A program made the position numbers and the translations under genes. From NCBI RefSeq assembly GCF_001194135.2, contig NC_068999.1:31973597-32037596 (forward strand): a stretch of DNA of 64,000 bases. Reading direction: 5' to 3'. Source of the stretch: Octopus bimaculoides. Its lineage: Eukaryota. The notes beneath the pieces are model-generated. The model was not told the DNA's origin and did not search any database. It saw only the letters and a program-made list of their open reading frames with translations. Every line of letters begins with the position of its first letter. The first letter of the stretch is position 1. Below are positions 25,291 through 38,254 of the stretch, one piece after another.

Positions 25291-27365
25291 CTTTATTGTG
25301 GGAGTGGAAAGCAGTTATATGATTTTAAAACTTCATACAGAATATTGCTACAGACAGTAAAAAGAAAGTTTAGTTGTTACAGATTCTAATGTTAAATCAT
25401 TTCTGTATTTTGTATCCAGGCATACATCTATCTTGCCACATAGATACACTGACAGACAAAAGATAGAAAAATGGATGGCTAGATATATGGATAGGTAGTC
25501 AAATTAAGGTGAGATAACCTTAGTTAGCAAATAGATAGATATGAAAGCTACTCTTCTAAGTGCTGCTGCCTAAAGGCTATAGCCAAGCTGGGATCTCTCA
25601 GTATTTAGTTGTTTTTTTTTTATTAATTTGGTTTAGGCATTCATTTCCAATATTCAATGAAAACATGTCTGGCCATGGAGAAATATCTCACCTTGCTTGG
25701 AAACTGATGAGGATTGGTGACAGGAAGGACATCTGGCTGTAGAAATTTTGCCTCAATAAACTTTATTCAACCCATGTATGTATGGAAAAGTAGATAACCA
25801 TGTACATATATCATTATGATTTTATGTCCTTTTACATGATGGATATGAAAACTTGACCATCAATATACAGGTGTTACCACAGTCAACCTGTCTTAAAAAC
25901 TCTCTTGTAATGGTCTGGAAGAATTTAATAAACAAAAGGTGGCTGAGAATGGAGGTTTGCTATACACCAACCTACACACTAAATTCATCACTGTACTTGT
26001 TAACTCTTACATTGGAGACTGTATTTCTGAATATTGCTTGCACAGTTCTCACAAGCAATTTGTTTATCTGTAGTTTTCATAACCACCATTAGACTATACA
26101 GCACACTACTTTATCAAAGGCCTTCTCCAGATTGACTAAAGATAATTAAAGTCACTTACTCCTTTTCTAACTACTTCTCCTGTCACTGTCATACTAAAAA
26201 GAGGGCATCAATGATAGCTCATCTTGTAATTCTTTCATTAACTTACATAACCTAGTCAATCAATCTGATAAATCTGTAGTTGCCTCTAACTATAATCTAT
26301 AATTTCTCCCTTGCCTTTGTGGTTCTTGATGATACAGCTCTGCCAGTCATTGGGTGAGACATTTTGTAGTGCCACTTGATTTACAATGCCTGTAACCAAC
26401 TTCAATGGCTGATCCCTTTGTTAGGTCTACTTGGGGTGGTCATATTTCCTATGCATTCTTTACATTTACTAACCTCCCATTATAGCATTTGTGTAAGCGT
26501 GAGCAAATGTGCTGTTATCCTTCTATACATAATTCTCTTCAACAATATTTTGATTCTCTCTTGTACACTGACCTACAATCCAGGATACCTCGTGCCTCTG
26601 GTCTTTATTTTGCAGAACACATACAAACCTCCAACTTTCAGCATCTCTTCTAGCTACTTGATATTGTCTTTTGCTGTCTCTTTTCTTCTTGTTTTTCCAA
26701 GTTGATAAATATAAATGATATAACCACCAGGTAAAACTGAAAATGAAATACACAAGTATCATTTAGCAATACTTAAACTTTTCCTAGGAGAGATGCTTTC
26801 AAATATGTAGTTATTTGGTTATATTCTATATTCATTTATATTCTGTAGTTATTTAGTTATATTCATTTGGTCATATTCTGAACTATAAAAAGTCCAAAAT
26901 AAATCTTTTGCTGATTAATTTCTCTGTTCTTTGAGGTTTGTCTTCAAATATTGCCTTTAAGACATTCTTCACACAAGAATCTGTCTCAGAAATCTACTTG
27001 ATTCTCCAGCTTTTCAAATGTGTACAATGAGGAATTATTTGTGCTGTCAAAAACAGTTTTCATTTACCGTTAATGTCAGTCCAATTTGTGACAGAAGCTC
27101 TTTGGAAACTAAAATCATTAATTTAATTATTAAATTTGACAAAGTATCAGTAACCTTGTAAGTGTTGTCTACTAAGATTTCATATTGGCCATTGAACAAA
27201 CATACACACATGCATGTGTATTTCATATATATANNNNNNNNNNNNNNNNNNNNNNNNNNNNNNNNNNNNNNNNNNNNNNNNNNNNNNNNNNNNNNNNNNN
27301 NNNNNNNNNNNNNNNNNNNNNNNNNNNNNNNNNNNNNNNNNNNNNNNNNNNNNNNNNNNNNNNNN

Positions 27366-27402
<37 letters not shown>

Positions 27403-28339
27403 TTATATGCATATATATGTATATAATATATATATATACTTACTCATCTGCAGATATATTTGTGAAGATATAGACATATATAAATTAATTAAATAAATAT
27501 ATAAATTTATAAAGAAATACTGCAGGCATAAAGTTAGTGTAATGATTCTTGTGAAATGTTGGACTTATGATCAAAACGTGAGACTAAAAATATTGGAGTT
27601 TGGGAATATAAGGAACTTATCAGCAATGTGGACAAGCATGTTTGGAGTTGGATATTTTGGATTAAAATATAGAATGTGAAATATGAAGGAGTTACTTGAG
27701 GATATTATGAATAGTATGGCATGTGGGATCCAGCACTGTATAAGCAGTGATTACTAAAACAAGATGCAGCTGTGGGTGGTATAAGGTGGATTCCAGATAA
27801 ATGAACAAGTGGATGACATTGTTGGCAGTTGGCTTTATAGTACATAGGTAGAAAGATGATATCATTTTCATTTAGTTATCAAGTTTATGAGTACATACTT
27901 GGGCCCTTGCATCCAAAAGGCAATCAGGTCAGATATTTTTAAGGTTGGTCCAGGATGCAACCATACAGTCAACTTATTTGCTATACACAGGTTGCAATTT
28001 CCATTCTGCTTGTATGCTTTAGCATAATTTATGATTTTCCACTTCATATTTCCATTGGTCTTTTAACGACCACATGTAATTAGACTAGGTGCTGTCTGTT
28101 TTGCTGCTGATATTTCTGAAGAAGTGAAAGTTTTCATAAAATCTGAATTTGTTTTCCTTTTTGTTTTTCTCTCTGTACCCACTTTGCACTGCTTAAATAG
28201 CCTCCAGACTTTTCCCTTTGCTCAGTACTATCTTTTATATTTTTTCACTGTCTCTACAGATTTTTCAATGGTGTTTTTTCTTAAATATGGCATTATTCCC
28301 CTTTCACCTCACACTTGTGCCTAGGTCAACTTTGCTTTC

Positions 28340-28536
28340 ATTCTTTCAGGACTGATAAATAAATTACCAGTCACGTACTTCAGATAATTCTTCTCTTTCT
28401 CTAACTCTCTCTTCCTGTCTTTCACTCGTTCTGGAAGAACTGAATGTGATCAAACCAGGAGAGGGAGGAGAGCTGCCAGGTCTCAAATGTTCAAGAAACT
28501 CCATATAGACCATCCCTATGATTCCTTCAAGAAGTT

Positions 28537-28567
<31 letters not shown>

Positions 28568-31262
28568 NNNNNNNNNNNNNNNNNNNNNNNNNNNNNNNNN
28601 NNNNNNNNNNNNNNNNNNNNNNNNNNNNNNNNNNNNNNNNNNNNNNNNNNNNNNNNNNNNNNNNNNNNNNNNNNNNNNNNNNNNNNNNNNNNNNNNNNNN
28701 NNNNNNNNNNNNNNNNNNNNNNNNNNNNNNNNNNNNNNNNNNNNNNNNNNNNNNNNNNNNNNNNNNNNNNNNNNNNNNNNNNNNNNNNNNNNNNNNNNNN
28801 NNNNNNNNNNNNNNNNNNNNNNNNNNNNNNNNNNNNNNNNNNNNNNNNNNNNNNNNNNNNNNNNNNNNNNNNNNNNNNNNNNNNNNNNNNNNNNNNNNNN
28901 NNNNNNNNNNNNNNNNNNNNNNNNNNNNNNNNNNNNNNNNNNNNNNNNNNNNNNNNNNNNNNNNNNNNNNNNNNNNNNNNNNNNNNNNNNNNNNNNNNNN
29001 NNNNNNNNNNNNNNNNNNNNNATATATATATATATATAAATTACAAGATAGCAAATAAAAATACACTTAAGAAGGCAAATATGGAAACCAAAGAGATAAT
29101 GGAAAAATACAACCTGACAGATAGGATGGAACCCTTTGATACCAAAAGAACCGAGATTCATTCTTAAAGATCACAAAGTGAATTTTTGGACACAACCATC
29201 TTTAAGACTTATCTGCCCAACAAAATCGGACGTAGGGATACTAAGTGAAAATATTATTAATAAGTACATAACTACAATAGTTGATAAGTTGAAGTTAAAT
29301 TTATGGTCGAGTACAGACCATTCATCAGATGGTTTAATTCTATTGAGGACAAGAAAAATACTAAATTCATTCAATTTGTTATAGCTAATTTTTATGCATC
29401 CATTAACCCGAACATATTGAATAAGGCACTATGTTTTTTTCACAATAAGGCTGGGCTTACTAGAGAAGAATTTAAAGTGATATCAGCTGCTAGAAAATCT
29501 TTTATTAGTTTTAATGATAAAGTATGGAAACGTAAGGATACACCGGATGCTTTCGATGTCCCCATGGGTAGTTCTGACTCAGCACAAATAGCTGATATGG
29601 TGGGCTCTTTTATTCTTTATGAATTGAATGGTCAATTTCCTATGATTAGGGGGGGGTATATATAGGGATGACTGTCTTTTATATATTAGGAATAGCTCCA
29701 GCCAACAATTACAGAGGATTAAGGGTAGATTGACTAGATTTTTTTCTTAGAATGGGGATGAACATCATTTATGAAGACGATATTTCTGTAGCAAATTTCT
29801 TGGATGTGACATTAGATATTAAAAATGAAGCATATAGACCATATCATAAACGTTCAACTAACCTAAAATATATAAATAAGTGGAGTAACCATCCTAGAAA
29901 AATTATCGATAATTTAGTTAGAAATATTTCATTAAAACTCTCTAGATTATCTGCTAATGATAAGATTTTTGATAATGAAGCTCAATTCTATAATTCGGCA
30001 TTAAATAGGGCAGGATACAAAGAGAAGGTTTACTATATTGAACTTGATATTAACAACATTAAGACAGATAAAAATAATAGGTATACGAATAAACTAAGTG
30101 GAAATAAAGAAAATAAACCCAGAGATATTCATAAACGTAACATAGGTAATTTTTTAAATTTTTAAAGAATTATACTAGTGACTGTGATAATACTAAAGAT
30201 GATAATATATGGTTTATAGTCCCCTTTGGTAGAAATGTTAAATCTAATTTGATTGCACAGTTTAGAGAGGTGATAAGCAGATATTTCCCAAAGAATTCAC
30301 ACTATGGTAAAATTATTAATACACATAGCATTAGGTTTGGTTTCTCAAACACTATGAACTTAGCCCAAATAATTGCAGCTCATAATTTTAAAATACTTAA
30401 ATGAAAAGGAATTGGGGAGGATAGCGATATGAACCCTGATATAAATGATAATAATAATAATAACAATAATAGTAATATTAATCGGAATATGATTACAGTA
30501 ACAGAGGTCAACCCCAGAAGATTGAAGTTTGAAGGCCCTAATGCGAGAGTTAGAAATGTAGTTTATCAATGTAAGGTAAGGACTCAAACAGATGTTAGCC
30601 GATACCTAGGGTGTACTTCGAGACAAATCTGTAAAAGATTATCTAATCATTATAGTACCTTTAGAGTAAAATAGCAAGTACTAGTCTTAGTAAATTCATT
30701 TGGGAACTGAAAGAACAAAAAAAAAGCAATATTCGCTAGAATGGTCAATCATTGGGAAGTCTTTCCCATATGACAAAGGTTGGAGATATTGCTCGTTACG
30801 TAATTTAGAACTATATTTTATATTATTCTCTAAGGGTAAGTTGATAAATAAACTAACAAATAATGCTCTCAGATGTACCCATTATCCAAAACACACGTTT
30901 CTCTGGTTTAAATGAGTTATAAATTGCAGTATGACCGGGTATTATAGTATATTATAGTATAATATTAAGTCTTAAAGCAAATTAATTAATAATTTTATGA
31001 GGGGTTTTCTCCCTTTGACAGACCTTTATTTGAGGAGGAATTTATTTAAGGAGTTATTTAAGGAGAAATTTGAATATGAACTAGACTTAGAGACGATGTT
31101 TTTGGTGTTTACTTTTTGTTACCTTTTACCTTGAAGATGTGTAAGGTAAATTACATATTTGACTTGAATTTGACAGTTAAATATAGCCTTATACAGAAAT
31201 GTTGACATAGGAATAAATTTCAATAATAATGGGTATCAGCGTCAAAACTCTCTTTTAAATTT
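28340..31262 (+). mobile_element. Penelope-like element with RT and C-terminal GIY-YIG endonuclease, near full length, frameshifted
   Basis: LKDHKVNF..RLICPTKSDVG; ANFYASI; FDVPMGSSDSAQIAD; YRDD; NFLDVTLD..YRPYHK..SNHP; RNVVYQCKV..RYLG..RLSNH; SKFIWELK..WSII..CSL. Ends in (TA)n. The 5' boundary is obscured by a gap. Confidence 0.9.
31124..31216 (+). ncRNA. Hammerhead ribozyme variant in the PLE 3' UTR
   Basis: CC-TTGAAGA-TGTGTAAGG..CCTTATACA-GAAA-TGT-TG-ACA-TA-GG: 9-bp stem II, palindromic stem III ATGTTGACAT, C3U core variant, weak stem I. Confidence 0.55.
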
Positions 31263-31532
31263 TAAATTTGATATATATATATATATCTTTATATATATAT
31301 ATATATTAAATAATTGATAGGAAAGTCAGGGTAAGCTTACATCAGCACTGCAAGTTTGTGGGAAACGATATAATGGAATCAAACGCACTCCATAGTGCAG
31401 AAGAAATCTCATCAGGTTATATATGTTACAGTGATATAATATGTACATTTTGCTATTACATGTGGCAGGATGGTGTGGTATGACATGTGTGTCTCCTATT
31501 TAAACTTTAATTTTAAACATAACCTATATATA

Positions 31533-31581
<49 letters not shown>

Positions 31582-32449
31582 ATACACACACACACATACT
31601 CACACGTATATGTATAAACATGAACAGTTGTATATATATATATATACATATATATAAATGTATGTATATCAGAAATTTTAAAAGATTTTCATCAAATAGC
31701 TTTGGTTAAATAATATAGAACACAGTTCCAAGAACAATACTATTCTATGGTTATTGTTTGAATTTTGCTTTGCTTTTTGCACTATTTAAAAGAAAGTATT
31801 TGGTAAAGAAAAAATGAAATATACAATAAAAACTGTGAAACAAAAGAGACATAATATGTTTATTTTCATCTTCAGGCAGTAAACCTACATAATTGTCTTG
31901 ATGTGGATGTCTGTAGCATTAGAAACACTTTACCATTGTTTCATTAGAACTTTTATAAATGCTTCTCCAAATTAAGAAAATGATTCAAAGAAAAATATTC
32001 TAGATAAAAGAAAGGGCACGAAAATATGTAAATATCATGGAGAAATGCTATAAAGGAAAACATTTGTTTTTAGAGAATGGCTGCCATGGTGAAACAGGAA
32101 GTAAAGGTGATGAACTAGTAAAATATAATTTGTATAGTCAAGATTAATGATTGACAAAGATTGATTATAGTTTCAAACTATATGTTAAAAGAAGTTTCTT
32201 TTTTTTTATTTCAATTTAAACTTATCGTTACAAATCAGAGTCTCTCAAGCATTTTTCTCCTTTCACCATCTTTTCACTATTTTCCAAAGCAATCACCTGC
32301 ATACCCATCTCTAAATATAATAAATTAAAATGATTTTTCACTTACCTTAATTATATAATGTGACCCTTATGGTCAATGTTTTGCTGTTAGATATTTTTAT
32401 ATTTGAACTAAAATTTGTGAGCTATAGTCTAATATCTCCTTGAATACAT

Positions 32450-32645
32450 ATCATTATCATCATCGTCATCGTCATTTAATATCTGTTTTCCATGCTGGCA
32501 TGGGTTGCAAGGGTCGACCAGAGCTGGCAAGCAAGAAGAGCTGCACCAAGTTCCAGTCTGATTTGGTTTGGTTTCTATGGTTAGATGCACTTCCTAATGC
32601 CAACCACTTTACAGAGGGTGCTTTTTATGTGGCACTAGCATGAGT
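32450..32645 (-). mobile_element. RTE 3' tail fragment
   Basis: CATCATCGTCATCGTCATTTAATATCTGTTTTCCATGCTGGCATGGG..CTTCCTAATGCCAACCAC. Confidence 0.75.
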
Positions 32646-32649
32646 GTTT

Positions 32650-33098
32650 GTAAGTGATGTAGGTATACATGCTACTACATGGTGCCAGCATAGAAGCTTT
32701 TTACATGGCATTTGTCAAGATTTTATTTACTGCACTAAATCCAAATATTAAGTTGGAAAACACAACAGTATTCAAACCATTTCTGACCACATACCTATAT
32801 TTGAAAGCCACAATCCAGTTATGCCACTTTTTTCAAATTTGTATTTACATTCATCAATACATTTTAATTCAATAAGTTCTTCTTGAATATTGTCACTGAT
32901 GGGTTCTATACCACAGCCAAAAGGATTCATTATCCATAGCTGAACTTCAAATGAAAATAAAGCTGAAAATTGGCTACTTAGTTCTTTCAATTTTAATAAA
33001 TATTCTGTGTATTTTTTTATTAGTGTAATAATAACAGCTATTTTTTCAAAGCTATAATGGAAGTGACAAACAAGCATATTTGGTATATTTTGCTTCAT
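32650..33098 (-). mobile_element. hAT transposase C-terminal fragment (Buster/ZBED8-like)
   Basis: ORF 32772-33098 includes LWIMNPF..IQEELIELKC..KYKFEKSGITGLW. Confidence 0.65.
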
Positions 33099-34086
33099 GA
33101 GTTCAATAACGGCAACAATGCGACAGAAAGTGTGACGAATATTAATGCAGTATATGGGGATCAGACAATAAGCATAAGCCTAGAAGACGAGCCTCATCCT
33201 GGAAGATCTGTAGAGCTTGACGAGGACATCTTGTGAACCTGGTGGAACAAAATCCCATCGTAACTTTTGAGGAACTAGCAGAGAAGCTTGGATTTGGTCA
33301 TTCAACTAGTCATCAACACCTGCATGCCATCGGAAAAGTCAGCAAATTGGGTCAGTGGTTTCCTCACTAACTTTCCAAGTCTAATCGTGTGCTGTCACAT
33401 CTCGCGAATGAACTTCTTTTTGGACTGAATAGTGACTGATGACAAGAAATGGGTTCTCTATAAAAATGTCAAGTGCCAAAGACACTGGGTAGGGAAAGGA
33501 GAAGCACCAGCACCCCAGGCTAAAGAAGGTCTTCACCCACATAGGGTGTTGTTATCTGTTTGGTGGGATATGAAAGGTTTAGCCCATTTTAAACTTTTAA
33601 ACCTAAACCAAATGATAACAAAGGAGATCTATTGTGAGCAGCTTGAACTGCTTAAGTCAGTGCTAGAAGAAAAACGATTGTCTTTGGCTTCAAGACAAAA
33701 GGTGTTCTTCCATCAGGATAATGCTCAGCCACATACAGCAAGGATGACATTCCAAAGAATGGAGCAGTCTGAGTGGGAAACGATGCCCCACCCACCATAT
33801 TCACTGGTCATTGCCCCATCAGATTATCATTTATTCCCCAGTCTTCAAAATCATTTGGATGGAAAAAATATTAATTCTACAGACGAGGTCAGAACAATAC
33901 TGGAGGAGTATTTTTCATCACAGACAAGTTAATTTTGGAAGAGAAGCCTTGCAATTCTACCGGATAGATGGAAGAAAATTGTAGAAAATGAAGGAGAGTA
34001 TATTTTAGATTAAAAAAGAACTTTGTTTATCTTAATTTTGAAAATAAAGAAGTATAAAAAACTGCATTATTTATGAGATGACCCAA
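33099..34086 (+). mobile_element. Mariner (D,D34D) transposase pseudogene, 5' truncated
   Basis: TDDKKWVLY..LHPHRVLLSVWWD..FHQDNAQPH..HPPYSLVIAPSDYHLF. Right TIR ..CTGCATTATTTATGAGATGACCCAA followed by TA. Confidence 0.95.
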
Positions 34087-34333
34087 TATATATATTGCAT
34101 GCTTCTTACAGCATTAAGAGCTTTTAACTCTTGTTTCTTGCAATACAGGTACTTCAGTATCCTCAGTCACAATTAGTGATGACAAAATTTTTCCTTTTGG
34201 TATTTGGCTTGTTTCAATTATTGAATTGCAGCCATAACGAGGCACTACCTTAATGGGCTTAGTTGAGTAAATTGCCCTCACTATGTTTTTTTTAAAGTTT
34301 GGCACTTGTTCTATTGGGAGGAACAAACACAAA

Positions 34334-34370
<37 letters not shown>

Positions 34371-34429
34371 TCAAACACAAAGACATGCACACACACACAC
34401 ACACACATATATATAGATATATGTATGAA

Positions 34430-34580
34430 CTGGGCTTCCACCCAGTTTTTGTCTCCCAAATTTACTTACAAGGCATTGGTTTGCATGGAGCTGTAGTTGA
34501 AGATACTTGCCCTAGGTTATCATGTAGTGGGACCGAAACTGAAATCATGTGCTTACAAAACAAGCTTCTTAACTCACAGC
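34430..34580 (-). mobile_element. SINE family A fragment
   Basis: ..GTTGAAGATACTTGCCCTAGG..GTAGTGGGACCGAAAC..CAAGCTTCTTAACTCACAGC. Confidence 0.7.
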
Positions 34581-35084
34581 TATTCCTGAACATCAGCAAG
34601 TCAGTCTCTGAATTAAAGATGTTGGTGAAAATAATACAGAACAGTGGACCAGATGTAAAATATTCATATTGAAAGTAACCGAAAACCAAGAGGTGATGAC
34701 ATTAAAAGTGAGCAGCATTTTAGGCATATAAATAATATTAAGCAACTCTCCATGCATTATCTAAAGCTGTATCTTGAATCTCCATAGCCTGTTGAAAAAA
34801 GAATTTCATGAAAATTTTAGCAGAGATTTTGATTCCAAATTTTGATGCCAAATTGAAGCCATTTCAGTTTAATGTTGCTGGTAATGGCCTTCAGAAGACA
34901 ATCATGAACATTATACCATCTCGTTTTTGCATCTTCTGTATATAAATCTGAAGACTTGTGCCAAGCCAAAATAAACATTTATAAGTATTTACTTTCATTT
35001 AATAGTAGAAAATATTCCATTTTGGAAAATTTCTCTCCCTCCCTCTCCAGCTTTTTCTCTCTCTCCCTCTCCCTCTCCCATACA

Positions 35085-35090
35085 CATGCA

Positions 35091-35166
<76 letters not shown>

Positions 35167-35225
35167 TTGTCTCACATTCAGTTCCTATGCATGCTTGTAT
35201 TACACTTCTCTCTCTCTCTCTTTCT
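35085..35225. repeat. (CT)n microsatellite
   Basis: Direct reading. Confidence 0.95.
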
Positions 35226-35641
35226 CCCTCTGTCTCGCTGTATGTATGAACAACTTTTCCCTCATCCTCCTGTTATGTATTCTTGTACTTTTGTGATTTC
35301 ATTGAGATGGGAAGTTTCTATGACTATATTAACAGAGCAGCTATTTTCAAAGAAAATATTATTTTCTAAAAAATTCAATAAATTTATTCACTCAAAATGT
35401 ATTTCAAAAAACTAATATTTTTCATATTTTTATAAAGTAATGTAAAGAAGATTGAAAGTGAAAAATGCAAGTGTAAAAAATATACAGGCAAACAATTTAA
35501 GAATGCAAAACAACTGATGAGATTATATGTTACCTGTATGTATCGATTATATATACACCCTATTATATGTGTTTGTTCAATGGGAAACTAAGGGTGTAAT
35601 ATCTTCATTATACATAACATGAATGAAATTACATCATTTGC

Positions 35642-35693
<52 letters not shown>

Positions 35694-35989
35694 TATATGT
35701 ACGCATCATATGAACTTAAGAGAGCACATTACTGCCAGATTTGTGCAAGGAAATCAAATAAATCTGCTCCAATTTGGGATAACCTTGGCAACTCCCATAC
35801 ATAAATATACATACATGCATACATATATCATCATAATCCTTAATATCTGTCTTCTATGCTAGCATAGGTTGAATGGTTCAATAATATCCAATGAGTCAGA
35901 GGAATGCACCAAGCTCCAGTGTCCACTTTGACATGGTTTGACATGGACTCCCTCCTTAGTGCCAACCAGTTTACAAAATGTACTGCATC

Positions 35990-36509
35990 CCGCACAGAGC
36001 TGGATTCAGACCTAACGGGGACCCTGACCCAATAGGTTTTGGGGGCCTCTACAATTTTGTGCATGTAAGTTTCAACTGTTTACATGTAAACAATAGGAAT
36101 GTGTATTAAGTTCAAGCCCTGTGAGTTAAAGTGACTGTTCCAGTGCCTCTCCCTCACCATCCTGTGAAGCAATGCCTTTCCCATTTTTCTGCTGGGACCA
36201 TGGAGCAGTCTGAGTTCCAGGAAACAGGAGCTTTCTCTATTTAAATAATATTGATTGTTTACAATTTATACTAAGAAATGAAGGAATAGAAAATACAAAA
36301 AAAAACATTGTAAATCTAAAAAGGCCCAGTAAATTAAAAGAGGACTTAATAATTTTAAAAGAATACTATTAGATTAAAAAAAAAAACTACAAAGTATTTA
36401 TTCGATTGCTGTAAAGATATTTTTTTAATTTTGAAATCTAAACTTTAATCTTCTCTGAGTTAAAGGGGCCTCTGGGCCATGACACATATTGGTCCATACA
36501 TAAAACTGG
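35990..36509. mobile_element. hAT-type MITE
   Basis: Ends CAGAGCTGGATT and AAACTGGTTCTG resemble degenerate CAGGGCCGG hAT TIRs, with subterminal GGGGCC(T)C motifs. No target-site duplication confirmed. Confidence 0.45.
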
Positions 36510-38254
36510 TTCTGCACATATATACACACAAACATCTATATGTATGAACAAAAACAGGAGCATACATGGACACGGACACACACACACACACGCACATACA
36601 CACATGTACATACAGATATATATATATATATATATATATATATTGATAGAAAAGGTAAGACAACAAAAGAAAGAAAGAGACCTCAATATTATGTAAATAG
36701 AGGAATTTATCTGTAAATAATATGTGACACTTATTTGGTAGCCATGATAAAACTCCGAGTTTTGGATGCCGGGGCGGAAACCTATGCTGCCATCTCCTCA
36801 GTTATCTGGCCATCAAAGAATGCTATGAAAATGACTGTTAAACAAAGGGAAATTACTGTGTGGTTGACCGTTATTAAGACAAAAGAGTTATTAGAATGAC
36901 TGCTAAGTGAGGGGAGGAAGTAAAGGTAAGGGAGTAAAAATGTCCATGGTATTCGCGTAAGTGCACCAGTCCATACATACACATGCACCTCCGCACACCC
37001 ATGTGCATGTGCCTATATATGTATATATATATATATACTCATCCACCCGCACTTGAAACACTCACATGCTCACCCACACATTCGCCAAAAAAATAATAAT
37101 GTATATACATACCCGCATACAAGCTCACACACACGCACGCAACACACACGCACACATGCACATGCACGCAAAAAGGGTCATACACGCGTCTATATATGCA
37201 CATGCTCAAGAAACAACAGGGTTAAAGGCGAAATACAGAAAAAAGTGTAAAAAGTGTAAAAATGCCATAAGGGTAAAACACGTCTATATGCGCACATTCT
37301 CGCATGCACTCACACATGTCTATATACGCACAGGGAAAAAGCAGGGTGGAAGGTAGAATACAGAAAAACTGTGAAAAATATATAAAACAATATCTCTATA
37401 AATATGTAAAAAAATTTAAAAAATATATAAGAAATATAAGTAAATATGTAGAGAGATAAAAAGCTTGTACATAGACACAATTTAGAAAGCAAGTCCTATC
37501 AGTAATCTCGGCGGGACCAAAAACGTAACAAACATTTAGCCACATGTGGACATGATCCAAAAAGTTCAGTTCTTGAATTTAGGCATGTGGTGGGGTCTAA
37601 GCTGCCTTTCCAGATGAGCCATCTTTCCATTTCACAAAGACCGCACTTTCCGCTGTCGTTGGTGTAGGGTTTACAGATGGCTCATCTGAAAAGGCAGCCT
37701 AGACCCCACCACATATCTGATGAGGAATGTCACAGGTACCAAGGGGTAGATGAAAATATATCTTATGATGGTACTTCTAACAAGACATGTGTCATTAAAG
37801 AATATTACAGTAGAATAAAGAAAATGTGAACCTTGAAACTTTTTGAATTCAGTGACCCAAAATGTGTTTGCTGTGCCAGTACTCATATCAACATTTGGGC
37901 TACTTGACTGGATGCTTGATGAGATCCTAACCATTGATGTGAAAATCTTGATGATGCTAATCAGCACACATAATTTCCACAGCAACAACATAGACTGCCT
38001 CTACCTAAAATGTAAACAAGGAGCAGAGACTTAACATTGATCCAGACTGCTTTTGATTCTTGTATGATATCCTTTTGGCAACATCTTTTAAATAAAAATG
38101 TCAAAGTGCATCCCTTAACCAAGTTTGCATACATAAGGCAGATGATATCATGGGACTTGGAAAGCAGCTTTTTGAACAGCATTCCTTGTCTCAAAACTTT
38201 AAATATATGTCCAAAGAAGTCACACAACTCTACTGTAATGCAGCCACGTAGTCA

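Noticed and set aside
27068-27108. 41-nt minus exon candidate SKELLSQIGLTLT
   Set aside because: Splice sites are plausible but it could not be linked in phase to neighbours; chance is likely in AT-rich DNA.
36445-36510. Minus-strand exon candidate after gtgcag
   Set aside because: It coincides with the terminus of the hAT-type MITE and has no good donor.
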